Origin: the human T2T-CHM13v2.0 reference genome, Homo sapiens
Reading direction: 5' to 3' (one strand)
Length of the DNA: 64,000 bases
Assembly: GCF_009914755.1 (NCBI RefSeq)
Contig: NC_060941.1
Below the pieces are notes generated by a model, which was not told where the DNA came from, made no database searches, and worked only from the letters and a program-made list of their open reading frames with translations. Positions 1 to 14,999 of the stretch are shown one piece after another. The translations under genes and the position numbers were made by a program. Positions within the stretch are counted from its first letter, which is position 1. The number at the start of each line of letters is the position of its first letter.

Positions 1-932
1 GACAGCAGAGGCCAGCTCCAGCCCAACACACCGGGCTCCCCCAAGCCTAGCCCAGCCCAGCCCAGGACCCTGAGCCATCCCCGTGCCCAGCAGCCTGCAG
101 GGGCCTTCCCCATGCTGGCCCAGGCCTCAGGCGAGATCCCCTGTGTGTGTGCCACTCAGCTGCTGATTAGTCATGCTCTGCACGTGGCCACCTCTTCCAT
201 CCCTGATACTTGTCTTCTGGGAGAAAGCAGGAGGAGAGATAAGATAGAGTGGGAGAAAGAGAAGGAAAGGCCCGGACCACTCTTTGCTCCTGGAAGCTCT
301 GGCCCTGAGACTGGGAGAGACAGACAAGCCTTCCAGCAGTATGACCTGTGCCTAGATTTCCCGGGGAGGGAGATTTGAGACATGGACAGTGCCTGCTGCA
401 GGGCCCAGCATGGCGTAGAAGGCAGGTGTCTTTCCTTCCCGCCACTCAGCCTTCCAGGAGGATGTTTGTTGACTTGGAAGACAGTCACACAGTTGTGACT
501 TGGGTGGGACCTCATCCTCACGTCCAACCTGCCACCTCCAGGGAAGATCAGGGCAGAAATCACCAGGGAGTGGTCAGCTGGCAAACGCCCTCCTCAGGAA
601 GGGACAGCTGCTGCCGGGACCCATGGCATGACCGTCCTTGGTGTCTGAGGTGGTCTCTCCAACGCTGCAACAGGGGGCCAGTCAGGGGCCTGGGTCCCAG
701 CCCTCCCAGCCCTCAGTGACCTGCAGGCCCCACGATGGTAGAGGGAGGGTGCTAAAGAGCTGGGTACCTGAGCCCAACTGGACAGGGAGGCAGGGAGGTC
801 ACTCCATCAATACACGCTGAGCGGCTTCTCCAAAGACGATGGCCACCAGCGGCAAAGAGAGCCTCAGGCCAGGACAGAGGCAGTATTGTGCCATTGCTGT
901 CACAGCTCTCACTTAAATAAAATATATATCTA

Positions 933-1193
<261 letters not shown>

Positions 1194-1639
1194 TCATCAG
1201 AAGATTCGCTGAGTCATTTAAATAGGGAGGCTTTCTACTGCATTTATGATGTCTGATTTATGCGCAGCTTTTTAAAGTGTCTTTTCTTTTTACATAAAAC
1301 AAACCCACCTGTACAAAGCAACTGAAAAAGTAGCTTAGGAGTGACTCCAACTATTAACCAAATATAGCACAAAGCGTGATCCGCCTTCTTGGGTCAATAT
1401 TTACCTGGACTTCAGCCTGCCTCGGAAAGGAAATTTGAAAATATTTGGCGAGTGGCAGAATGGTTGTCTGGCTACACAGGCCGATAAGCAGCTGGGGCTC
1501 AGGTTTCCAAGCTGGCCTTTTATGGGCGAGAGACATTATCACCATCATCAACGCCCATGTGCTAGTAGTAGGACCCACTGTCAGCCAGCTTTTTGTTTTG
1601 TTTTTGTTTCTTAAAGATTAGTATATTTTAGAAGGGGGG

Positions 1640-2220
1640 ACTTTAAAAATCATTTTTAGGTCAGATTTATGAAGGTAACACATAAAGTAAAATGTACCCT
1701 TTTTAATGCACAGGTCTGTGAGTTTTGTTGTTGTTGTTTGATTTTAGTAAAGATGGGGTCTCGCTATGTTGCCCAGGCTGGTCTCCAACTGTTGGTCTTA
1801 AGCAATCCTCCTGCCTTGGCCTCCCAAAATGCTGGGGTTACAGCTGTAAGCCACTGTGCCCCAACCAGGTCTATGAGTCTTGACAAATGCATACCACCAC
1901 CACATCAGGACACAGCACTTCCAGCCAGCTCCAGGCTCCAACCCAGAGCTGGGCCCTTCCCTGTCCCACCCCAGACACTCCTGTCCTGTGTTCCATCCCG
2001 TTTCCCTCCTCAAGTGTCACAGAAATGGAATCGCGCAGGCTGTGGCATCCTGCACTTGGTATGATGCCTCTGCGATGCGCCCAGGGTGTCACATGTATCC
2101 CCAGCTTGTTCCTTTTTGTGGCTACGCAGGATTCTTTGGTGTGGACGTGCCACAGTCCGTGTGTCCCTGCCCCAGCTGAGGGACTGCTCGTGGGATTTTG
2201 CTACTGTGTAACTGTGTATT
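1640..2220 (-). mobile_element. Old L1M 3' fragments with an inserted Alu monomer (1741-1863)
   Basis: TAAAGTAAAATGTACCCTTTTTAATGCACAG…TGAGTCTTGACAAATGCATAC…AAATGGAATC. The Alu left-arm sequence is on the minus strand. Confidence 0.55.
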
Positions 2221-4529
2221 TTCATTTCTCTGAGGGCCAATGTGCTGTCAGCTAATCACGATCATGGGGCCTGAATCAGCTCACAAGGTCACTGTGCAGG
2301 GGAACCATTGCCCTCATTCAGGGGCACAGAGCCCCGGGCACAGCCCTGCAGCTGAGAAGTGTCAAGGCATCCGGCCTGTGGGACTCCACCCCTGTATCAC
2401 CACCCTCTGTCTGCCGCAGCCCCTGTGCCCCACCCATGCACTGGCGCCTGAATCTCTCAGGAGCGTGGGCAGGAGGGGTCCTGGGAGGCTGGTGCAGGAA
2501 AGACTGACCACGCAGGTGGCAGGGAGCTCACAGCCTCCACGCAGGAGGCTCGGGAGCAGGAGGGCCCACCCCAGGAGTGCAGGGACAGGGGAGGACAAGG
2601 AACAAAGGCTGGGGGCATGGAAGGACAGAGACATCTTCTGGAAAAGACAGAATCTGAGTTGAACCTGGAAGCAACGCCCCAAGGGAAGGGGCCAAAATGG
2701 GCAGCAGCCAGCCCTGGCCGTGGGTGGGGATGGGGCAGGGGCGCAGGATGGAGGGTGGGGCCTGGAGGGCTCATGGAGGAAGGAAGAAGAGCCTCAGAGG
2801 GGCCTTCCAATCCCAGCTCCAACCCTCCCTCCCCCGACAGAAGACCCCCAACATGGGGCAATGGCCGGGACGAGGAGGGGGCTGCCCCAGGTGGACTCTG
2901 CGCTCTATCCCAGTGCCTCCTCTGCGCCTGCTTTGCCCAGAGCACACAGGTGAAAGCACCAACTTCGGGCTGAGCACAGCACACGTGAGGGAGGGTGGCC
3001 AGCCAGCATGAGTTCTGGCATTATGTCCCAGGGGGTCAGGGGAACTGAGCCCCAGGAAGACTCCCTAGGCAGGTGGCAGCAGCCACTGTGCAAGGAGAGG
3101 AGCCAGTGAGTCAGGAGCACCAGCTGGCCTCCACCAGCCAGACCCCCAGAACCCGCGTCTACTTGAGGACACTGTCAGAAGGAGCCCAACTTCCAGGCAG
3201 CTGCAGGATGAGAGGCCCCAGGCAGGCTCCGCCCCTCCCCATGCTGCCCCTCTCCAACAGGGTCCCCGCAGCACAGCCCACTTCTCCAGGCAGGCTCAGG
3301 GTTCAGAGGGTCGTGCAGCATGCAGCCTCCTTCTCACCCTCTCCTGCAGTGACCCCCTCGCTCCCCCACCTTGGACAGCACCTGGCACAGTGCCCACTCA
3401 TCACTGGCGAGTGAATGGGCTCCCGAGTGCTCCCCTGTGAGCACCTCAAGGCATACAACAGGTACTCAGTAAATGTTCGCTGATTATAAATCTGCAGTGG
3501 GCAGGGAGTGTCTCCACTGCCTGGTATTTGTCTATTCTCTTCTTGCTTTCTGTGGGCACTGACAGCAGTGACTGCCAGTTTCAGTGCCAGCCCCGTGCTG
3601 AGTCCAGCCACCCTGGCCGATGAGTGCTCGGCTGAGACGGGGACAGAGCCACCACTGGGATTCTGGGGTCACAGATGCATCTGCATGTTTATTCCAACAG
3701 ACAGGATTGTTGCTGACGTTAGCAGAATTGTGCTCCGCCTGCTGCTATATAGAGCACCCATATGAGGTAGGCGCCAGGCCCAAGACTGGGCATTACAGAA
3801 GCACCCCATCCTCCCAGAGCCCTGCAAGGAAGATGTCTCCCTCACGCACGGACATGTGCGGTGGTGCCTCAAAGTTTCCCGAGTCAGCTGAACCACCTGA
3901 TCCCGAGCTCCAGCTCTTTCAGCTCCTCCAGCTCTACACATTCCTAAAACCCAGGCTGCCCACCAAACAGGAAGCAGGGAGCATCGTGGACCGTGGCCCG
4001 CAGCACCTGTCCCCACTTAGCTCCCAGGAGAGAAGGCTGGCAGGCAGCCCCAAGACCACCGGCCGCAGCAGCAGCGGGGCATGGGCAGGCTCGGACATGG
4101 CGGGCCTCATCCCAAGGCGCCAGTTCCCTGGGCCCAGCTCCAGCAAGCCAGAGCCCACACACTGAACTTGAAACATCTGCCCAGACCTGGGACTGCTGCA
4201 GGGCCTAAAGCAGCGGTGAGCACAGGTTTGTTGAGGCTTCTGGGGATAAATATTTTGATATCTGTGCTCCAGGAAAGGATTCTGAGCTTCAGAGATGAAG
4301 CAACCTGCCCAAGAAGGCTCCTCAGCGACCGGGGCCTGCCCAGGGTGTCTGCAGCCAGCACAGCTGTGGCCTGGGCTGCCAAGGCAGAAACGTTTCCTCA
4401 TGAGCCCCTTGCCCAGAGAGAAACGGCTGCTACCCCTGGCCCCAAGGCTAAAACGACAGGCCACAGACATGTGAGCCCAACACCCAGGGCTCATCTGCCT
4501 GGTACTGGCCCCTGAATATCAGTGCCTGA

Positions 4530-4864
<335 letters not shown>

Positions 4865-5606
4865 CACCTTGTTCTTCTTTAAGGCAAACACCGTGCCAAG
4901 CAACCTGGTTTGCCTGATTGAGCTCCCGCTCAGTTAATCCAGAAACAGGTGCCTACGTGGCCTCTGGGGACTGGCTTGGGATAGAGGGTGCTTGCTCAGG
5001 TCACCCCAGATGAGCCTTCTCCATATCCTCAGCTCACCACGGGCTCCTGGGATTACCTCCCGCCACCTCCAACTACCCTCCTGGCTAACGCTTTCCTCTC
5101 AGGCCATGGGGAGAGCAGGCTGAACCATGCCAAGGACACAAACAGATTGAGGGCAGGGCCTTCGTGTTTTGGTGGGATTGTCTTTCATGGAGGAAAAACA
5201 GGGGAATGGGTTATGCCCTCCAGTAATGACAGTGACCACAATCCTGGTGTTTCTAGAATCTTTCAGTTTCAGGGCTTTTCCACATGCACAAGTCCATGAG
5301 ATCCTCGCCTGGGCTCTGTGAAGTAGCCAGGATTATACATGTGATCCCATCTCACAGATGAGCAAACCCAGGCTGAGGGCAGCCTGCAGGGACTGGGCCG
5401 CCCCCTCCTTTGCACCGTTCGGCCACCGTTGCAGGAGCAGGGCCCAAGGCTGCAGGGAGTACCCCAGGGGATGGGCAGTGAAGCTGCCGTTCCTGCACAC
5501 TGCCGGGTCTAGAGGACTCTGAGGCTGGAAGGGGCATGGGGACATCATTCTTCTCCTCTCCAGCTGCCTTCCCCCAGAGCATGGCCTCCTCGCATCAGTT
5601 ACTTAA

Positions 5607-5799
5607 ATCAGTTACTTAAACCCAGTGTGGTTCCCAGACCAGCAGCACCACCGGGGAAGCATGTCAGAATGCAGACTCTCAGGCCCTGGCCCGGGCCACT
5701 CGGCCACATTCTGCATCTGCTTCCGATCCCCAGGACTGTGGAGAAGCCACGTCGTGTCCTACAGAGTCCTGAGGGCCTCGCATGTGCATGTGACCACTG
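5607..5799 (+). mobile_element. MER5A-like hAT relic
   Basis: AGTGTGGTTCCCAGACCAGCAGCA…AGAATGCAGACTCTCAGGCCC…GACCACTG. Confidence 0.6.
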
Positions 5800-6151
5800 A
5801 CCGTCCACTGCCAGGGCGTTCTTCCCAAGTGCGACCATGGGGACTCTGCTGAGCACTCCACACTGTCCTTTCCTTCGTCTGCCTTCCTCAGGCATACGGC
5901 AGTGAATCCTGCAGAAGTCTCAACAGGCTCAGTACCAGGACCCAGCCCTTCACCACATTCAGTGGCCCTTCCAAGCATGTGGCCCCAGACCAGGAGCTCC
6001 TGCGGCACTGGGAAGGTGGCTGCCCTTTGAAGGGGCCACGGAAGGCAGCGCACGCCACCTGGATCCCGGGCCCTCTGCCTGAAGCACAGCTGCAGTGACT
6101 TTCATGAAGGCATGAAATGCTCTCACGACAAAGGGCAAAATCCAGCTTGTG

Positions 6152-6448
6152 CTTTTTTTTTTTAAGATGGAGTTTTGCTCTTGTTACCCCAGGTGGAGGG
6201 CAGGGGCACGATCTCGGCTCACTGCAAACTTCGCCTCCCAGGTTCAAGTGATTCTCCTGCCTCAGCCTCCTGAGTAGCTGGGATTATAGGCATGCACCAC
6301 CACATCCAGCTAATTTTTGTATTTTCAGCAGGGACAGGGTTTCACCATGTTGGCCAGGCTGGTCTTGAACTGCTGACCTCAGGTGACCTGCTTGCCTCAG
6401 CCTCCCAGAGTGTTGGGATTACGGGCGTGAGCCACGGCGCCCAGCCAG
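6152..6448 (-). mobile_element. AluS
   Basis: Full dimer with a T tract. Confidence 0.9.
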
Positions 6449-6804
6449 CTCATGCCTTTTTTGACCCAAAATAGAACCTCTGAGCTTGACCATGCATACA
6501 ATTTGCTAGATGACTGTCAGTGACTTGCCTCCATGTGGGAGGAGAGAACTCCAAGGCTGAGGTCCCATTTCGAGGCATCTGAGAACACAGCCTTGCTAGA
6601 CGTCTTAATGCCTCCTATAGGACTGGCAGCTTAGAGGGCAGACGTGGTCGGTGAGGGGGGCACTGGACGGGGGTCAGGAAAGTTGAGCACCTAGTGCATG
6701 CAGAACACATCCTGTGGATTATTACAGAATCCTCCTGACAATCCACGAGGAAAGAACTTTATTTTATATAAGGAAACAAGAACATGGAGGCACCCAGACA
6801 GTGA

Positions 6805-7162
<358 letters not shown>

Positions 7163-10100
7163 TAACCATGAAGTCCCCCCACTGCCCCGATTCACTGCAC
7201 AGACCACAGCCTTGGTGTCCTCAAGTGTGACGGGCAGGGGCTGGCACAGGTGCTCATGAACATCTGAACCAGCTCTGGCTTCCTTTAGTCCTCCGAACAG
7301 AAAAGACGTTTCAAAATGGAGGCAGAACAGGGCGGCTTTCTCCACTTCCCAACCAGCAGACACGGGTCCAAGAGAATCTTCCCTGCTGAACCAGGACCAT
7401 CATCCATGTGTGAAATTGGGGGCAGAAAGGCGGGCATTTTAGCCACCAAACTCCAGTTTGGAGACTGACCCCAGCTGCAGCATTCTTACCAAGGGACCTG
7501 GACATGTTATTTTGGAAGGAAGGAGAAAGGAGGCGAACAGGCCAGCCGTTCTCTCCAGAGGGAGTCCAAGGTGGGCCCGGGCCCGGGTTAACTTGGACAA
7601 GGCACTTCCTGTTCCAAAGGGCCACTCAGCTTCCCGTGCAGGCGGCCACCAAGGAGCTGTCTGGCCTCACATCCCTCAGGGTCCTTGCCGGGCCACACCC
7701 TATTTAAAACCTGACCTCTCAGGGCAGTCTAGGAATCATGGCGTGTTGAGCGGGGCAGCCGGGACCTCAGTTGTCCTGTTCTAGAGCATTCTGATGGACC
7801 TCACCCGCCCATGCAGGTCACCTGTATAAGGACAAAGGACAAACACACCTTGAAGCCCCTCACCGTCCTGGCGTCCCAGCCCACCTCTCACCCAGGTCTG
7901 TCCAGGGTGTGCCCGGAGGTCACATGCCCCATGGTCTCCAGCACGTTGCATGCTCCTCACAGTGTTCCTGCCACCTGGAGGAGCCCATTGCCTGCCTACA
8001 TTACAGGTGCTTTCAGGCCATGCTGAAGATCCTCCTCTTGTGGCCGCCGTCCCCACAAGTCCCAGCCCCAGGGCCATTCCTATGGGCCCACTGGAGAAGC
8101 CACAGCCCATGCCACCAGGCTGGGCTCCTTGTCCTGCATGCTGAGTCTTGGCTTCAACTCCTACACCAGAGACGGCCTCCTCTGCTCTTTCTGCGGGGCC
8201 GGGTCCAGCCCATGACTCATTCATTCATGCCATTCCAGAACAAACCCTACTTTTGCCTGCTTCCAAACTTTTGCTCAAAATGTTCTCTTTTGTGATAATG
8301 AAGTTGTGCTGAGGTAGGAAATGTCCTCCGTTTTAGAGATGCTATGATGGAGTGCAGAGGGACAGGTCACAGCGTTCGTGACGTCAGCTACCAAGGCAGG
8401 ATGGACTGGAATCTAAGGGCTGATGTTTGGAGGTTCGTCCTCTCTACTTTTCTGTATGCTTAAAATTTGTCAATTTAAAAAAGTACCGCTCTGCCTGAAA
8501 AACCAATTCCTTTCCTTGCCTGTCTCTTCCTGCTAAAATCTCTTTCCTTCTGGAAGGAGGCCACGACTGACCTTCCATCTTCTGTCCCTGGGCCACCTTG
8601 CCTGGGCTCACTCCCAGCACAGCATCTGCTGAGCCCTGAAGCCTCTTCTGTACCCATCTTATGTCCTCAAGCAGCCTATAAACTTGCCAGGTGGGGCCGA
8701 GCCTCCCCACACCTCCCTGGGGCGATGCACAGACGCTCTGGCTGGATCCAGTGGCCTGGGCTAGAAGGCGGTGTCACCTGAGGCCAATGAAGCCATCACT
8801 AACAGGAGAAGAAAGGAGATGATGGCACCTGTGGAGAAGGGCATGTGTGGGCCACGGCATGTCCTGATGCCTGCTGGACACCACTGCCCCTGGGTTTGGC
8901 CGGGCTTTGCTCTCCCGTGTCTTGGTGGCTAGCCAGGCAGCCCTGAACCCACCAGGCAGAATCAAATGGCCTGAGCCCCTCCCAGGAGCAGCAGGGCTTT
9001 CTCCACCACATTTTCAGAAGCAGGCTTGGTTCAAACTGGTGCCAGGCTGGTGGGGGGTGCAGTGGGCATGATCAGGTTTAAGTGACTCTCATTGTTTCTG
9101 ACATTTGCTAATAAGGCTGATAAGGCCCCGGGAAGAAAATTACAAGATAACGGGATGGCATCAGCTGGGCTAGGAAGAGTGGCCTGGCCACCTGCCACCC
9201 ATCCAGCCCCCAGGCCTCTGCTCACAGGCGCCTGCCTTCGTCCGACCCTGGGGAGCCTCCCTGTCCACCCTGGGGCTGGCCTAGCCTATGGCCAAAGAGA
9301 GGCTGGGACAAGGTGGGGCATTAGTAGCCCAACAGGGCTTGCAATTTGGAAGCAGGCCAGGAAATCCCAAATAGCTCTCGACCATTGCTGAGTTTAGATG
9401 ACAACCAAGGCTGCCTCATTATCTTCACAGCTGCAGTCAAAGCAAAGTTGGTTCATTTGCTACGTGCTGACCCTCTCCATTTAAAGGACAGAAAAGAAAG
9501 AGGTGGCCGTGGCTGGACCTCTGCATGCACTGGTGACTGCAGGATGAAGCTGCCCATCGTCAGAAGAGCTCCAGGGGGCCTGCGCCCCCGAAGAGCTGGG
9601 CTGCCCACTGGTCTCCAGCTCCAGGCGTGCTCTCGAGCCACATGCTCCGCCTGGGGGGCACCCAATGTTCCCTATTAGCAGCTCCGCTGTTACTGCAGGA
9701 TAATTAATTCAATCGGAAATAATTGAACAGGCAAGGAGCTCCGAGGTGCTATTTCTCACCTGCTGAGGCAGAGAGAAATATTTGCAAACCAGCCCCAACT
9801 GCAAGCAAATGCCAGCCATAGTCCTCCCAAAGTGCAGAGCTCCCGACCCCTCTCCACACACAGATCTGTTCTTCAGGTAGCTATGGAGGGCTGCCAAGTG
9901 CCAGGCCCTGGGGCACTAGGGCAAGCAGGCGAGGCGTTCAGGGCCTCTGCCCAAGGGGGCCTCCTGTCTGTGCCGCATGGACTCTGTGTGATGATGCCAG
10001 AGATGCGCTCGCCAAAGAACAGGGTGCTGGGAGAAAGAATAACCTGGAGCGAGGGCAGTCAGGGAGGTGACCTTCACACTGTGGCGTGCAGGATGAAAAG

Positions 10101-10230
10101 CAGACACCACACAGAACACAGAAAGAAGGGCCTTCCAGGCAGAGAAGCATTGTGTGCAAAAGTCCCAAGTTCAGCCTGGCTTATCTCCTGCATGGCTCCC
10201 CCAGCCCTGCCTGTGTGTCTGGAAAGCCTC

Positions 10231-10281
10231 CCTCCTCTTCCTCCTCCTCCTCCTCCTCATCCTCCTCGTCCTCCTCCTCCT
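10231..10281 (+). repeat. (CCT)n trinucleotide repeat
   Basis: CCTCCTCTTCCTCCTCCTCCTCCTCCTCATCCTCCTCGTCCTCCTCCTCC. Confidence 0.9.
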
Positions 10282-11096
10282 GTCTGGGGCACAGCCACAG
10301 GGCCCTACCCTGTGCATCTCCTTCCTCATGCTCAAGGACAGAACTCCCAGGACCTCCAAGCGCCCGTGAACTGAAAGCAGGTTTATCTCGGACTTGGTAT
10401 TTAAGTGTAAGGTGTCTGCATGACAGGAGCCAGAACACGCTAGTGAGGGGCATGGAAAATCTAAATCACAACTGAATTCTGTGGGAAATGTGAAGATGGA
10501 GAAGCCAGAAGGAAGGAGCTAAAGAGCAAGAAGAAAATTGGAAAACACAGAGAACGTCATCAAATCAGAGCCAGTGCGCAGGCCACCCCAAAGAAATCTG
10601 ATGGCAGCCACTCTGCTGCACGCACAGCAGCGGGATGTTCTATCCGAACCTCCCCCCACCTCCCGGGATACCCATTAGGTTCCAGCCTCCCTCGAGGGGA
10701 AGGAATGACTTCCTTTGGTCCTCAAGAACACTTTGAGGTAGCTATTGTCATGGCGGCAGTCCACAGATGGGAGCTCCAAAGCTGGCCAAGCTGCACACAG
10801 CCCTGCTGGCGTCCAGCCTGGCTCTAGGTGAGGCCAAAGCTTGAATGCCCTGGGCTGGGTAGGCTGGGCCAAGCCGTGCTGCCCCTGAGGGCTGACCATC
10901 CAGTGGGGAGGGACAGCGTGTATACAACATGCCATTCTAGAATGGTCCCTGGGCTCCTAGGGGTCTTCTGGAGACCAGGGGTCTGGGGGAGGAAGAGGGA
11001 TTCCAAAGCTCTAGGCTGCACTGGAGATCATGTCACCTGGGCCCTTGAGGGACCCAGAAGCTCCTCGAGGCATCAGAACATCAAGTCTGTGGCTAA

Positions 11097-11567
<471 letters not shown>

Positions 11568-11606
11568 TGAGACCAACCCTCTGCAGTGACAAGCAGCCAT
11601 GGAATT

Positions 11607-12192
<586 letters not shown>

Positions 12193-13089
12193 CAACCGTG
12201 GCATTTTTTACCTTTTATTTTAGAACACTTTTAGATTTTCAGGAAAGTTGCAAAAACAGCACAGGGCAGGCCTGTGTGTCTCCACTCAGCTCCCTGAGGC
12301 TAATACCTCACAAAGCCACAGGCCACTTATGATAACCATAGCTGTGACAATCTGTCCATCCTCTTGGGCAAAAGCAGTGCTTTTCAGGCGGGTCTGGGGC
12401 TGCCACAGCTTTTCAGCCCAGCAGACGGGAGGCACGTCCTCGTCTGGGCCACTCTGTACCTGCACACACATTCAGTCCCTGCAAGTCCGCAGCTTCCAGA
12501 GGCCATGCCAACAGGGGGTGGGCAGCGTGGGCGCAGGGAGGGAGCACACGCTGCTCAACAGCAGGGAGGAGCATGAAAGGCAGGGTGCTGACGGAAATGG
12601 ATCCTTCTTCACAGGGTGGTGAGACTGTCCCTGAAAACAGTTCCTCCCTGATAGCGGGGGGGATCAGCAGGGCTGGGCACAGAGACTCTCTCTCCTCGCC
12701 AGTACAGCCTGGATTGAAAATACCATGTTCTGTGCTCACTGTGCTCCCCACCACCCCCCTCTGGAACGTGTCCCGTGACCCTCTGAGGACACAGACGTTC
12801 GTGGTTCTCTGTCACCCAAAGGGAGGGACAGGACAGAACAGCACAATCTCTGCCTGTTCCAGGGCCTGCTGCCGCTCGGTTTCTCTGGGGACGATCTTCA
12901 CAGCTTTTCTGTGCCACCGATTAGGTCGAATTTGAAACAAGAGTCCATTTGAGCTTTGCAGATGCACAGCTGGGACGGAATTTGGGGTCCCCTGTGGCAC
13001 TTGGGTGTCAAGGGGTGTGTGCACAAGCCACACCTGAACGGTCTGCTTCAGGACCCCCCTTCCCCCCACTCCCCGCAGCTATCGAGGGT

Positions 13090-13552
13090 ATGCCACAGCA
13101 CCTCCTACCACCACACAGTTCAAAACCAAACAAGAACAGAAGTGTCGGGCTCAGGCTGCATTCGGATCCCATCATTTATTGTCATGCATTTGTGTGATTG
13201 TTGTAGACTTCAACAGTTTTTAGTTGACAATTACTTGTATTCATTCATTTTCCAGCCTGCTTATTCTAGTTCAAGGTCGCAGGTGGCTAGAGCCTCTCCC
13301 AGGGCACAAAGCCTGGACAGGACGCCGTTCCATCACAGGACACACTCGCACCCACACCTGGTCAGACTGGGACCACTTAGATGTCCAGTTCACTGAATGT
13401 GCACATCTCGGAGATGTGAAAGAAAGCAGAGTACAGAGAAAGCCCACGGAGTCGTGAGAGCACACAAACTCCACACAGGCAGTGGGTGCAGAAGGGAATC
13501 AACTTTTTATCATCAACGTTGTAACTAAAGGACGTTATTCCAGACCCTGCTG
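13090..13552 (+). mobile_element. MER6 DNA transposon relic (TcMar-Tigger group)
   Basis: ATTCATTCATTTTCCAGCC…GACAGGACGCC…CAAACTCCACACAGGCAGTGG…CATCAACGTTGTAAC…GACGTTATTC…CCTGCTG terminus. Confidence 0.75.
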
Positions 13553-14504
13553 CAGATCTTGCATGTACCTGCCCACGTGTGCAGATTGGTGGTATCAGGT
13601 GGTTTAATTTAGCACTGTGCATAGTAGGAAAAGTTGGAAATAAACCAAATGACCATCAGTGGGAGAACGGGTGCAAAGGTCAGCACCTGGGAAATGCTAA
13701 TAAACGTTAATTACTGTTGTTATTATGGGACCGTAATCCTCGACTGTTGATGAAGGAAATGATGTTGAACGCCATGCAGAAGGCTGCAGAGAACATCTCA
13801 GGAAGGGACCCAAGACACCGGAAAGGGGTTCAGGGGAAAGGGATTCAAGGGGCACATTGTCACTATCTGCCTTTTTGTGCTGTTGGAATTTTCATCATGC
13901 ATCAGTGTTAACTGCTTAAAATTTTAAAATTTTGAACATAATAACTGCAGACTAAACCTGTCCCAGAGGCAAGGGGCAGAGGGCCACACACGGTGGTGAG
14001 CTGGAGCTGACAGGCGCCTCTGAGGCCCAGCAGGGTGGAGAAGCTGGCGCGGGCTTGCAGGCCTCCACAGCAGCCCAGCCCAGTCCCTGATGAGAAGACA
14101 AGCTGGCGTGGGAGTGGTCGGGCCTGTCTGGGGCTGAGATGCTTTCACTCTACGTAGGATTCCAACTGGCCTGTCACAGGATGCCCCGAACAGCAGATAA
14201 GCAGCAGCAAAACAGGAGGGGCACGGGACAGGCACCAGGCACCATAAGCAGCAATGTGACACTGGAAGGAGGGGCCAGAAACACTGAACAAGGAGAGTCC
14301 TGAAAAAGTGTAGCACCCTCGGCCACCAGCGCAGGGCATGAGGGCCGTGTGTCCCAGCTCTGGTGAGCTGCTGGTCAGCGACCCCTCGTCACCATGACAC
14401 GGTTGGATGGAGGAGGGCAGGGAACCTACCTGAGACTGAGACGGACGGTTAATTTTTTAAAGAGACGATACAAAAAAACTTCAGGCATTTAAAGTTCCAC
14501 TGAA

Positions 14505-14999
<495 letters not shown>

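Noticed and set aside
2722-2760. G-quadruplex-like G runs
   Set aside because: Such motifs are frequent throughout this GC-rich intron and nothing singles this one out.
10181-10453. ORFs with poly-Glu, poly-Ser or poly-Pro tracts
   Set aside because: Products of the (CCT)n repeat read in different frames.
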